Positions 1 through 12,977 are shown, counted from the whole stretch's first letter. The stretch is 62,142 nucleotides of DNA, filler included, from Hausera hauseri (GCA_046269625.1; 12 parts of 12 records of this genome joined end to end with filler, not necessarily neighbours in it), one strand, 5' to 3'. The notes: generated from the sequence alone by a model not told the origin. Numbers and translations: made by a program.

Positions 1-3000
1 CAATGTCGAACTACTGTATGGACTACGTCTTGTAGGTTGTCCATGTCATAGTTGCTGTTAATATATTTTATTACCTTTTCTGATCCTGCGTGGGACAGCA
101 TGACATGGTTGTGCGATATCATTTCTACGCGTTTGTTCGTTGGTATCCAAATTTTACCTGTTTGTGTTCTTATTACTTCATCTAGTATAAATCTTCCTTG
201 TTTTCCTCGGGCAATGCTTTCTTTTATTTCTTCTATTTCCCTCATGTTCTTCTGGTATTGGTGTGTTTCTGCTGTTTCAACGACGTTTATCCTCCGAGTC
301 TTGCTTTTCTGCATTTTCGCGTGGTCATGTTATTGTAGACATTGGCTGCATGTTTCGCAACTCGTGGGGATAGCATATATGCGTTCGCATGATTTTGCCT
401 TTTCTGTACTTCAGTTTGATGTCTAGACTGGATATGTAGTTGATCTGCGTCTGAAATTGGGCTGTTATCGGTTTTTGTCATTACCGTGAACGCTATTGCC
501 TTGTGTTCCGCTCTAAACGTGAACCGTTTTCCGTATAAGTAATAATTGAAATGTTGACAGAAATAATACATGGCCAGTAGTTCCTTCCGAGTTATACAAT
601 ATCCTTTTTCATGTTTGTTCATTGCGTGTGATCCGTACGCAATCATTCTCTCTCACCCTAAACTATCATTCTGTGACAGTACCGCTATAATTGTATCGAA
701 GCTTGCATCCACATCGAGGATAAATTCACTGTTGAAATCAGGGAAACCTAATATTTACAATTTGGCTAAGGTTTTTTTCATTGACTCGAAGGCCTAGTTA
801 CATTGCTCGCTCCATATTAGTTTTTCATTATTCCATCCGCATAGTTGCTCCAATGTCTTGGCCTTTGCTGCATAACCTTGGATGAATCTTCTGTAATAGT
901 TGCCGATCGCTAAGTAGCTTCTCAAATTCTTGACACATTTTGGTTTTTCAAAGAATTTAGTTGCTTCCAGTTTTGATGGGTCTGTCTGTATCCCCTTGTC
1001 ATTCACTATATGGCCTAAAATTTTATTTCTTTCTTAAGGATGTGACATTTCTCTGGGTTTACTCTGAGACCTACTTTTCTAATCATCTGCAATACGTTTT
1101 CTAGTATCCTATAATGCTCTTCTAGAGTCTTATAGACGATTAGTATATCATGTAGGTATATCACTGTTTGATCAATATTTCCTAGTACTTTAGTCATTAG
1201 TTTTTGGAAGGGTCCCGGGCTGCTGCTATACCGAGTGGCACCTGTTGAAACAGAACTGCCCTAATTTGGTTGGAAACGCCATCTTCAATTTGGAGTCTTC
1301 CTCTAGCTCAACTTGGTAGTATGCATTGCCTAAGTCAATTGATGTAAAAAACTTAGTCCCGTATAACCTGTCCAATTTCTCTACCACGTTAGGCATGGAG
1401 AAGGCCTGTCGTTCCTTAGAAGATCCAGCTGTCTAAAGTCCAGGCATATTGTGACATCGTTCTTGTCTCTCTTCCATACGCATATCATTGGTATATTCCA
1501 TGCTGAGTTATATGGCTTGATAATGTCGTTCACCCATAGGTTTCGGATGGTTTCGTCGATCTTTTTCTCTAGGTTTATTGGTTTCCTGTGAGGTTTGACA
1601 TTAATCGGCGCTCCTGTCGTGTCTATTCGGTGTTTGATGAGAGATGTGTACCCTATGTCCCACTTTTCGGCCATGAATACCTCTGGGTATTTCTGTTTAA
1701 TGTTGAGTATCTCTTTATTGTCACTCACCTGAAGAGCTTCCTTCGCCCTGTTGACTTGTTCCTGGTTAGTCACGCTACGGCCGAACTTGACTTCCATGTT
1801 TCCGTTACAGTACGCTTCCATCCCAGTTGTATTCCAAATGCATTTTGCAGGTCCGCACTGTGGTACCGCGGTCGCGGACACAACTCATGTACTCACCAAA
1901 ATTCTGGCTTGACAAACAATTCAATATATTATTTCATTCCTTAAACGCTTATCCAGAAACAGCAGCAGAAATTATTGAAGCATCCGAAAGAAGGATTGGC
2001 ATTGTTCCGAGATAGGTTTCTCCATCATTTTCACAATTTATCTAAGTATCAGTGATTACAAATCACCCGTTCTATCAGATATAATTCCCCAGAACATGGT
2101 ATCACGATGATTTGCTGCCTTCTTGAGTATTTATTATTTGTGTGTATCCAATTCAGCACAGTGAAATCGACGCAGAGTCAAATTTCCCTCCAGTCACAGC
2201 AGTACTTACTGTCGAACTACTTAAAGGATCCATTTTATCTAGACTCGATTTAATTGCTGTGGAATATCTGAAACAGAATCCGATATGTGGCGACTGATCA
2301 AGGAATTTCGTTGTTCAGAACAGAATCTATCTACTTTAGAATGTGAACTATCTTATAGTTGCTGTAAAAACTATACCGTTCAAGGAGAATGTAGAATAGA
2401 CAATTTGGAAAATGCAAAGCGGATAAGCGTAACTGGTTGCGCGTCAGTAATGTTGAAAAGAAATATAATGAACTGCATATGGAAATTGTTGAAGTGTGAT
2501 ATGTAAATGAAGTTTTATGAAGTATGATATGTTGAAGTGTGAAGTATGATATATTGTTGAAGTATGATATGTAAATAATAAAACATATGGATTGTAATTG
2601 ATAATTCATTTTTTTGGAAATACACTTTATGCATCGTTAACTGTTTTAAATACGTGGGTTTATTTTTTTGGAAATAATTACCGTTAATGGATGGCTTTAC
2701 TCAAAACACACCACCTATTATTTCTTGGCGTCATTCCGACATTACCAGGAATGTTACGCGTCTCCTTAGTCTCTTGATTTCTGCGTCTCTTGTCAGTGTG
2801 CCCAGGCAATCTAACGGGCTATTATTTGCACATCGTAGTGTGATATCGGATTTCTCTATGCGTGGGTTTGCAAGTTTATCTACGGTTTTCTTGCTTATGA
2901 CGTTTACCCTGATCCCCGTATCCAATAAGCAATCTTCCCATCTGTCTTGTATCTTTAATTCGATTCCTGGTCGACCATTAAATTTCCTGTATAATATCTG

Positions 3001-3990
3001 TTTGACATACAATTTGTCTGGCGTGAAGATCTGCGTATTATTTCCACTTTCCTCCATTCCATTGAAGGACACTTCCGGAAAATTTTCCGTAGCTGACCAC
3101 ATCCGCAGCATCTTACTGGCTTTTTTTCAGGACACTGACTGCTTATGTGTCCTTCTTTTAAACATCCAAAGCATTTAATCGGTCTCTGTACGATGCAAGT
3201 TCTGCTCATATGTCCTTCCTTTTGGCATGTCCAACACTTTAATCCGCTATTTGGTGGTCTAGTTGGCGTCGTCTTGATTCTAGGAACGGGTTTCCTGATA
3301 TTTTGTTCTGCCACTTTTTGGTAGCTACTTCTTCCGATCTCTGGATACTCCTTGACCGTGTTGACTTCTTCTGTCTTAATCTTTACTTCCAGTATTTTCC
3401 GTATTTTCTCCTTTATGGTTTCCACGTCCTGTTTGTCACTAAGGCATATTTCTCTTTCATCTCTCTATTGTTACAACATTGGAACAATAGTTCCTCTTTA
3501 AAGCCTCGCATGAAAGATCGTGTTTCATGACTTTATCGAGCAGTTTTTCGATTGCCTCGAAGTAAGCCTCCGGTTCCGCTCCATTCACTCTGTACTCCAG
3601 CTCTCCTTTCAGATATTCGCACAGTGTTGAGATCGGGCGAAAGCCTTTAGCATTCGGTTTTAATATCCAGTTATTTTCGCATATGCGGCCTGGTATCTTT
3701 CTTGTGCTTTTTCCTACAAGAGGCACTCAACCATGATTTCCCGCTTCGCCGCCGGGGTGTTCATATATTTAAAGAATTTTTCACATGATTTAATGAACTT
3801 CTTCACGTCGTCGCCTTTCCTGAATTTGTTAGGCACCAATTGCTTCGCGAAAATTTTCATTGTGGCGTACGTCACCACGTTGGCCGCGGGCGCATCCACG
3901 CTGTCCACATCGTCGCCCAGCTTGGATAGGGTTGGAAAATCCCCGAACCCTGGTATGTCCGCTAAAGCAGAATTTGATTGTTTGTAATTA
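1..3990 (-). mobile_element. Degenerate Ty3/Gypsy LTR retrotransposon (family A): gag, protease, RT, RNase H
   Basis: Gag with CCHC knuckles (KCWTCQKEGHMSRTC; KCFGCLKEGHISSQC); aspartic protease CLLDTG; RT motifs (ICLDFRQL, IYLHDILI); RNase H (YCITRKELLAM...F). Many stops and frameshifts. Confidence 0.93.
1859..2708 (+). mobile_element. ~850-bp insertion (solo-LTR-like, TG...CA) splitting the Gypsy-A protease/RT linker
   Basis: Removing it restores the minus-strand reading EIIGG-(V/A)DLQNAFGI. Flanks give a CAC (or CGCAC/CACAC) duplication. It starts TGTGG, ends CA, and has short tandem gaagtatgatat repeats and an AATAAA near 2578. Confidence 0.65.
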
Positions 3991-4090
3991 NNNNNNNNNN
4001 NNNNNNNNNNNNNNNNNNNNNNNNNNNNNNNNNNTTAATTAATTAANNNNNNNNNNNNNNNNNNNNNNNNNNNNNNNNNNNNNNNNNNNN
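3991..4090. other. Artificial contig spacer N44-TTAATTAATTAA-N44 (also at 8151, 12380, 16579, 20658, 30533, 34654, 38821, 43950, 51777, 56680)
   Basis: Identical 100-bp linker repeated 11 times. TTAATTAATTAA has stops in all six frames. Confidence 0.98.
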
Positions 4091-5919
4091 GAATGTGATT
4101 ACACAAACGACAGGAAAATTTTTAACCATACGGGCAAATATACGATGTTCATGTAAAAAGTCTGTGTCTATTCGATTTCTAGGCTCGTTGCAAATTTTGC
4201 CGGCTTCAATTAAGACTTTGGCTTCCAACTTAGATAACTACCCATTGACTGAAACGGCTTTTCCTTATGACATTATTAACGGAAAAGGGATTTATCCATA
4301 TACTTCTGCAAAATTTTTCAGCGACTTGCAGTCAATTAAGGACTTGCCACCGAAATGGGACGGTGTGACTGATACCGATTATGAGGAATCACAACTGGTT
4401 TGGTCAAAGTATGGTTGCGGTTCACTTTTGGATTATATGTTGGTGTATATGAAGCTCGACGTCTACTTGTTAAGTGATATCTTTGTACGGTTTAGAAAAG
4501 AGGTTAAGTTGCAGGATGGTTTAGAAGTCGTTAACTTTGTCTCCATTCCAGGTTTAAGTTGGGAAACAGCACTGAAAACCAGTCCTTGTAAGATTGAGCT
4601 TATCCAGGATTCTCAGATGTATCAGTTTTTTCAGCCGGGTATTCGCGGCGGCATGACATTTGTAAATAAACATAGGGTTGTAACAGATGAAAGAACCAGT
4701 CTCTTGTATATAGATGTAAATAATTTATATGGCTGGGCTTTATCGTAACCACTGCCATTTGCGAATTTGGTATTAATATATGATGAGAATAAGTTAAACA
4801 GTCTAGTTGAACAATTGACATATATTGACTGTTAAGGAAAAACGAGGTTTAGTATTTGAAGTGACTGGAGCATTCCTGCTGACAAACATGATAAGTTGGA
4901 TCAACTGCCTCTGGCTCCAATTAATAAATGTCCTCCTAGATCAAAAGTAAAGAAATTGTTGCTAATACATGAGCGAAAGTCCAACTATGTTATTCACTAC
5001 CGCCTCTTACAGTTATATATGGAGTTAGGCGCTGTAGTTGAGAAGGTACATTGGGCCGTTGAGTGTGACCAGGGTTATGAATTTAAGGATTATATCAATC
5101 TAAACACTGCAAAGAGGGCTGCAGCAAATAATCCATTTGAAAAGGATTTATTAAGCTTAAAAACAACAGCTTATACGGTAAAATTCGAAAATTTGCTTAA
5201 TAGGTCAAACCTGAGACTGTAATAATGCTAAAAAGCTAGTTACATATGCTAGTAATGCCCAGTTTAAAGAGTGCATTATAATAGCCGATGATCTGGCTGC
5301 CGTTCTCTTCGATAAAGACATGGTTACATTAGATAGGCCCTCATACATCGGTCAGGCCGTACTTGATCTATCTAAGTTACGGATGTATGAGCTGAATTAT
5401 GTCGACTTGGAGACATAGGCACCAGTTTAATTGTGAGTTAAATATTATTGCTGGTGACACAGATAGTTTCTTCATCGAATGTCGTCGAGTGGACTTAAAA
5501 TCGCAACTGTTACCGGCAATAATAGCAAACGAGCAGTTAGATACATCAAACTATGATAAGACCGATCCACTGTACTCGACTCGTTTCGCAGCTGTAATTG
5601 GCAAATTTAAAGATGAGAGCAAGGGCTGCGTTCATTATCAGGAGGCGATTTTCCTACGGCCGAAGTCATACGCCGTCAAAACCCAAACCAAACCAGTCCT
5701 GAAATGCAAGGGCGTAAATCTCAAGCAGACAGACTTACAGGTCAGTAACTACCAACAGGCTTATGAAACCGGTTGCAGCACCATGGTGGACCAGTAGCGA
5801 ATTGGCAGTAAAAAACATTAGCTGATGACAATCAGTTCAAAAAAGAAAGCACTGCACCCGTCGACGACAAAATCTACTGAATTGAGAAAAACCCGAGTGT
5901 TGCATACGGACATTATTAA
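4091..5919 (+). pseudogene. polB: Polinton/Maverick-type protein-primed DNA polymerase B, copy 1 (divergent subfamily, 5' truncated by contig end)
   Basis: KGIYPY, YMKLDVYLLSDIF, GIRGG, YIDVNNLYGWALS (motif A), IIAGDTDSF (motif C), GKFKDE, LRPKSY. Frameshifts and stops present. Confidence 0.9.
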
Positions 5920-6168
5920 TATGTACATATTTTGTATATCAATAAAAGTTTTAAATCTCTTTTTTGGCTTTTTTCTTGGGGGTGTGAATAATGAAACCAC
6001 GATCAGATCGGCTTTGTTTAGAAACAAAAATTTTTGGCGCAAACCGACCAATCAGATTACACCAAGTGGGGTGGGAATAGTGAAAACATGATCAACATTG
6101 TTCTGGAGGTGGGAATAGAGAAACCACGACCAGATCACATAATACTTTGTCTACCGAATACTGCTCTC

Positions 6169-6280
6169 CCCGATGACGTGTCATCCTCTCATTGGCCAGT
6201 TTTCCTATTCCCGATGACGTGTTCTCCTTCAATTATCCAGTTTTCCTAACCTCGATGACGTGTTCTCCTCTCATTGGCTT
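6169..6280 (+). repeat. Three ~41-bp tandem repeats each carrying TGACGT (ATF/CRE core), two with ATTGG (CCAAT box)
   Basis: cgatgacgtgt at ~6171, ~6212 and ~6253, followed by t(c)ctctcattgg / ccagttttcct. Confidence 0.85.
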
Positions 6281-8250
6281 CCTTCCTTCCCTGGGGGGTC
6301 TGATCTGGTGTGCTTTTTTCTACATACTCGAATGAGATAATGAAGAACTGTTGTAGATTTGTGCTAGTTTCTCCATAATCTCTACACCTATATTCTTGCA
6401 TACCTAGAATAGACCCTCTTCTCATCTATTTTACAGACATACATATTCATACGCATGCTTCTTCTGCGTCTAAATAGCTATAAACTCTAAGGTACAGAGT
6501 TGAAAGTGAGCACTCTATCAACATATAATATTCCTCAGGGTATATTTTGTAGGTGGAGTTCTGGCGGTATGACGGTAAAACCATCCGGCGCCTCTAACCG
6601 ATGCTGATTACCTATTAAACAATGTATATTTTATGAACGTACGTTTATATGCATAAAGCAAAATTTTTGTATATAAGGAAAATCGGTAGACTATTCATTG
6701 TAAATAGTTTTCTTATTGTAAACTGAATGGCTATGACTCTCGTTAGAACAGTGGAGTGGATATATTCTCAAAGACAGTTCTCCTTCCAGAGACCTTTAGT
6801 ATATCCAAAGTACGGTATTATTATAGAATTGTTGTACCCGAACTGAAATTTTCGAATGGGCATCCTGATGATCGTCATTGATATCTATTCACTCAACCTT
6901 ACGTTAGTCTCATGTTAAAACTTGTTAATTCTGCTTGGAATTGCAATGACAACCACCAATAAAGTCGGGTTTGTAATCGAGCAAAAAGGTCTCAACGAAC
7001 CATTTCCTTTCATAACCTCTCCTGATCATAACTTCACTGGTATATACGTTTATCCTCTCTCGTCTAAAACTGCTAGATTCATTTACTTCCGGCCTTCACT
7101 CAACACAGAATATTATTACTCCATAAATTCTATACCAATAGCGTTCTAACGTGCGGAATTGCGAGGCCACACTTTCATACGAATTCGCTACAGATAATTG
7201 TTTAGAAGTTATTTTCCTGCTTTCCAATTAATTGAAGGTCCAGGTCTACAGTCGTCAACCCTCGAAGATACTGTAAATGTACTACAATTAAGGCTGTGGT
7301 TGGTGAATAACTTTTTCAACAATTCGACTGACCGTGGTCTCAGACCATCGTCAATGTAAGTTCGATTATTATAGAAAACCTTTGTTTAATAACAAATTAA
7401 ACATTCGATACAGCTGCTAATCATTTTATTTGTATTCATTCAGCACAATAATTCTCAGGATCATTTGGTTATATAAAACTTTATAAGAATAATTACACAT
7501 GGAATCATCATGGCTTCTTGGTAATTCATTTTGTTGACTGGCCATAATGCTCAAATATCCCTGATTTGTTATATTTACTTCTTAGGACTCTTCTTCGATC
7601 AATAAATAATTCAATATCGGATTGTCGATTAACATAGTTTCAATCTTCAGTGGATTTGATTCTATTGTTAGATGTATTATACTGTTAAAAAGCTTGAACA
7701 AATAAAATTTACCACTTGGTAAGATCGGTATATCTTTCACAGAATGAAACTGTTAATTGTTAGTTTTTTAGTGTTGTTTGCGACTGGTTTATATACCAAT
7801 TCTGTTTTCATCAATTGGACATTTTAATGCCCTCCTATTTAGATTTAAGAACTGGATGAAAAATGAAATGCAGCCAAAGTTGAAGGATAAACTGTAAAAA
7901 GGACTTTAAAAAGACAAAGAATTATTGAATAAGTGTAAATTTTGTGTTTTTACTCATTTCTTGTCCCCTTAGAAACACACTGATTTAGATTTAAAGCACG
8001 GGTTAAATGGTGCCGTGGCAGGTTCACTGACCAGCCCTATTGCTTGTGTTTTACTGACAATACATTTGTCTCAACAAGCAAATGTGTTTCTTGCATTGAC
8101 TTGTAAGGATTATAACCAAAAATTATCCTTTTGATTGATCAAAACATCTGNNNNNNNNNNNNNNNNNNNNNNNNNNNNNNNNNNNNNNNNNNNNTTAATT
8201 AATTAANNNNNNNNNNNNNNNNNNNNNNNNNNNNNNNNNNNNNNNNNNNN

Positions 8251-10925
8251 CATTCCGGCTTTTGAACGGCGTAATCCGACACTGGCAATCAACGTGTTCC
8301 GGTACAACACAATCGTAGAAATACCGGTGGATGAAGAAATTTAGAAAAATCCCATGTGGATATAATCTACCATAATCGGAACCCAAGTGGCCGCCCAATA
8401 AATATGTTGTTTTTGAAGCAAAAGGAAAATTTCCATTACGTTGCTGTGACAAATTTGAACAGACTGTTAAACATGGAACGCGTACACGGTGTAAATGGTG
8501 TCCCGTATATCTGCACGGATTTAGATCGGAAACAACATGGGAGAAACATGTGACTCTGTGCAGAAACAATTCCTCTGGAACCACAATGTACGTCATGCAC
8601 ATCAAACAGGAACTCAGGTTCACTAATTGGTCAAAAACAGACAGTCCGGCATATGTAGTATATGCCGATATCGAACGGCACAACATATATGACCAAAAAC
8701 ATGTTCCAATCGCCGTCAGTATGTTGGTTGTCATAATAAAAGCCGTATGTCAACCGCAATATTACGTTTTTCATGGGTGGAACTTTGTCCGAGATTTCCT
8801 CTATCAGTTGCAAACAATAGTATAAACGGAAATCGCACCTAGTACAGTAGAAATAGCAATAAACCTTTGATGTGGACAGATGACGATGAACGCATGACGT
8901 TTGTAGTCACAGATAAATATTACCTTTGTCACAAAATATTACCGTTTGATGCACAGGAATGGCTCGTACCGGATCACAACCATTTTACCGGTCGATATAT
9001 CAGTCGATATACCACAAGTTTCGAGGTTATGACTATCACCATATTCTGAAATGGGCCATACACGGATTTCCACACTGGGAACTATCCATATTTTCAACAA
9101 CGAAGGAGAAGTACCTGTCCCTATCGGCACTCATAAAAAGCTTCCAGGTACGGTTTCTTGACTCACTGCCGTTCCTCAATGAGTTTCTATGAAAGCTCGT
9201 AAGTGCCTTGCCAGATATGCCGATAACGCTGACACAGTTCCTTGCGCATACTGCACGCAGCAAAGGCATATTCCCATGACTTTGCTGTGTCGTACCAGCG
9301 GCTTCAGACAACAGATGAAATGCCGCCACAATGAACCGGAATCACAGAGGATGAGTACCGCAGTGATTAGGAAGCGTGGATAGAGCTCGGCTGCAGAAAC
9401 ATCTTGGATTATATGCGCCAGTACCTAAAACTAAACGTGTATTTGTTAGACGATGTGTTTCAGACATTTCGTGCTAAGGCGTTGGCGGAAGATAGGCTGG
9501 AGCCGCTAAACTGTTACTCTATACAGGGGATGAGTTGAGCATCGTCACTAATGTCGCTGGACAGGGGAAATTAAGCTGCTGCAAGACCCGAAAATATTGG
9601 TATTTGATGTTGGTATTCGTGGCGGCATGACATTTGTCAACAAACATCACGTAACCAGTGATGACGATTATACAATGTCAATGTTGTACATAGATATTAA
9701 TAACCTGTACGGCTGGGCGCTTATGCAACCCTTGCCGTACGGTTCATTTCAATGGGTAATGGACAAACAAGAACTGGATACATTGCTGGACAGTTTGCCA
9801 GCAGCAAACCAGATAGAAAGTAGCTAAGTCGGCTACCTAATGGAAGTCGATCTTTTGGTACCAGATAAGCTGCATGACACTCTGGACGAATTACTAGTGG
9901 CACCAATCAGCCAATGTCCGCCCAGCTCAAAAGTAAAGAAATTGCTCATGACGTATGAACCCAAATCGAATTACGTGGTTCATTGGCGTCTACTGCAGTT
10001 TTACATGCAGTTCGGTGTACTCGTCACACAGCTGCATAGTGCAATCCGCTTCAGTCAGGCGCCCGCATTCAAGGCGTACATTGATGGCAATTCAGAGGAA
10101 CAAGTCGCAGCTTGTACAGAGTTCGAAAACGATTACTACAAATTGAAAAATAATTCTCTCTATAGCAAAACAGTAGAGAACTTCAAAAAGCGACTCAATG
10201 TGCGCCTATGTAACAACGAAAAGCGGCTGGTTACGTACACCAGCAAGGCTCTGTTCAGGCGGTCAATGCACATTGCCGATGGATTAATTGCGGTGCTGTC
10301 AAACCTGGAAGAAATCGTACTGAACCGACCAAGCTATATCGGACAAGTGGTATTGGATCTGAGCAAGTTGCGAATGTACGAGTTCCAGTATCGAGACTTG
10401 GCACGTTACCAACAAATGTTCGACGGCTGTGAGATCAGTATCGTTGCCGGTGACACAGGCAGCTTTTTCCTTGAGCTGAAATACGTCAATCGCTACCAAC
10501 TGCTACCGCAAATGATGGCAGATGGACTACTGGACACGTCCACGTACTCGCAGAGTAATCCGCTGTATAGAAACTCCATAACGAAGAAAATCGGTTGCTT
10601 CAAGAATGAAAGTGAAGGCTGTGTTCAGTATCGAGAATGGTTATTCCTACGCCAAAAGTACTACAGTCTCCTGACGGACTGTGCACCGAAAATGCGCGCA
10701 AAAGACGTTCAGCTGGCCCAGACCGAAATCAACCACGGTGACTATCGCCATGTCTATGAAGAAGGAGGAGACGGAGGACAATCAAAGGCTGTTGTGCCAA
10801 AAATGATCATTCGATCGACTGAGCACCAGCCGTGTACGGTAACCAATTCAAAAGTTGCTTTATCATGCAATGATGATAAGCGTAAGTTGATGGGGCGGAA
10901 TAAGAGTTTGGCGTACGGACATTAG
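8251..10925 (+). pseudogene. polB: Polinton-type pPolB, copy 2
   Basis: FERRNPTLAINVFRY, YVVYADIE (Exo I), DHNHFTGRY (EndoVII-like insert), FLDSL, YIDINNLYG, KLKNNSLYSK, VAGDTGSF, C-terminal SLAYGH. Confidence 0.92.
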
Positions 10926-11185
10926 CGTTTGGAATAAAACACGCACACACAGATGAAATCGGTGCAGACAGATCAATTATCTATGATGTTTTGTTGTGAT
11001 TTGTGTTTTATAAATAATGTATTTTGTTCATTGTTTTGCCTTTTGTTTTATTATTTTATTATCATTTGATGTACCTTTATATTTAACTTAATGCGACGAG
11101 AAACAATATGGAAAACAAACAAACAAACAAACAAAACCAATAAAATTTATTAATCGTCATATGATAAAATCAAAAACAAAGTAAG

Positions 11186-11640
11186 TTAAATCAGCGTAAA
11201 CTTTCCCAGCTTCCATATTGGTGATTTAACGCCGTGCAGATCCTGGTATGCTTTCAACTTCAATATTTGATGACCTATACCTCCTTCCAGTGGCAAAACT
11301 GCTTTTGCCGCTGCTGATGCTGTCGCTGCGTCATGGGAACTGACAATTTTCGTCACATTTCCATTGGGAAAAACCGACAATATATCTCGGATATCGCTAC
11401 TCAAGACCAAATAACTGTAAACTTTTCTAATTGTGTCTTCCATCGTATCCAAATCATCGTCGCTGATCTTTTTCACCAATAGACCATATTTTCACCGGTT
11501 TGGTTTTGACCGCTTGCGTCAATAGCAATTGAATAGCGTAGCGCAGATAATGTAAGTTGTATCCGTTATACAACCGGGAATTTCTGAGCTGTATCGTGGC
11601 TTTTCTGAGAGACTGTCATTACTTGCTGAAATGTTTTCAA
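11186..11640 (-). pseudogene. Conserved small Polinton accessory gene convergent with polB (possible OB-fold/SSB)
   Basis: Homologous at DNA and protein level to 52063-52565 in the same position relative to polB (KISDDDLDTMEDT / KISDSDLDSMEET). Confidence 0.65.
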
Positions 11641-11811
11641 AAGATATTGACTAAAAAGACAAACGTGAACTGAAATAGCATCTTTATTTATATCAAAGGT
11701 TTGTTTTCATTGTAAACAATAGAATTTTACTTTGTGAGTATTGTTTAATATCACAATGATACAAATTACCTCCACGTCATTAAAACTCATGTTCCGTTAT
11801 TGAAGAAGAAG

Positions 11812-12129
11812 TCATTTGTAATAAATGTGTACAATTTCTATTATAGCACATTTACATTTTGGACATTGGTGGGTTACTTTGGTGGTGGAACACATTTTAA
11901 AAACAACAGATGTTCACACATTAAGAATACCGTATCCACCTTTCTTTGTTTACATAGTACACATAGAAACTTTCATCAATGTTATTGACGCTAAATCTTC
12001 TTTAAATCCAAAATTACCTGCTGCTGTCGCAACCAGCTCACTATCAAGTACTTTCCACCATCGTAACAAGCCTGAAATTGACAATCCATCAAAATTTTGC
12101 AACTGCCTCAGTTAATTAACTATTTCCAT
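11812..12129 (-). pseudogene. Small C-terminal RING finger (IAP/MDM2-type) gene, frameshifted
   Basis: Manual translation with frameshifts: MEIVN*LRQLQ...CTM*..KKVDTVFLMCEHLLF.LKC..TTKVTHQCPKCKCAIIEIVHIYYK*, which matches the C-terminal C3HC4 RING pattern. Confidence 0.6.
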
Positions 12130-12545
12130 GATTATTATTATTATTACTATAACTTACCCGTATTTATAGTTTTTGATTTATTGAACTGAACAATATGGCG
12201 GACCTTATTTACAGAAAAAAAGAAAGAAAGAAATAGAAAAAACATTTATTTATTTGCATGAAATATAGTCAATACAAAGCCGTAGACATTTTTTGTAAGC
12301 ATAATGCGGTCCATGATCACGATACGGACATCGGATATTGTCAGGTACCATAGCCAATGAGCTGTTTGACGTAGAATATNNNNNNNNNNNNNNNNNNNNN
12401 NNNNNNNNNNNNNNNNNNNNNNNTTAATTAATTAANNNNNNNNNNNNNNNNNNNNNNNNNNNNNNNNNNNNNNNNNNNNAAATAAATTTAATTGACACAT
12501 AAAAACAAACATTTAGCGAAATAGTATATTACAAAAACAAAGAGG

Positions 12546-12812
12546 TTAAATATGGTCAATCAGTTTTTTGATTACGATACAAAATGAAACAGAAAGTGTG
12601 AGTCCAATAACGAAATTAATCCGTTGCCATTTTCGCCTCATTTCATCTTTGATGCGTTGTGTGAATAGAGATAGGACTATTAATTCAATATACTCTCACC
12701 TTCTCATTATCCTGGTTTCTGTCAGCTCACATAGATACTGAACGTCAAACACATGTCCGGTCACTATCTCATCTGTCAATTTCCGATTTTCGCTTTCAAT
12801 ATACTCCTCCAT
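12546..12812 (-). pseudogene. 88-codon ORF with C-terminal transmembrane segment, divergent from polB; one internal TGA
   Basis: MEEYIESENRKLTDEIVTGHVFDVQYLCELTETRIMRR*EYIELIVLSLFTQRIKDEMRRKWQRINFVIGLTLSVSFCIVIKKLIDHI*. A TATA-like CTATAAAT lies ~30 bp upstream and is conserved at ~56653-56660. Confidence 0.5.
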
Positions 12813-12977
12813 TTAATTTAGAGTAGCAATGTTACCAAACATTTATAGCCAATTTAGGTGACGTCTGAGATTGCAGTAAGGGAAATAAGTTATGTGCATT
12901 GTAGTTAGTTTTATTTATAATTAATATATTTTTATTTCTTTTTAACTTAACATTACTTTAAATTACTTTGAATTCAG

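Noticed and set aside
6480-7500. Possible decayed host exons after the polB copy 1 repeats
   Set aside because: The frames are broken and no family could be recognised.
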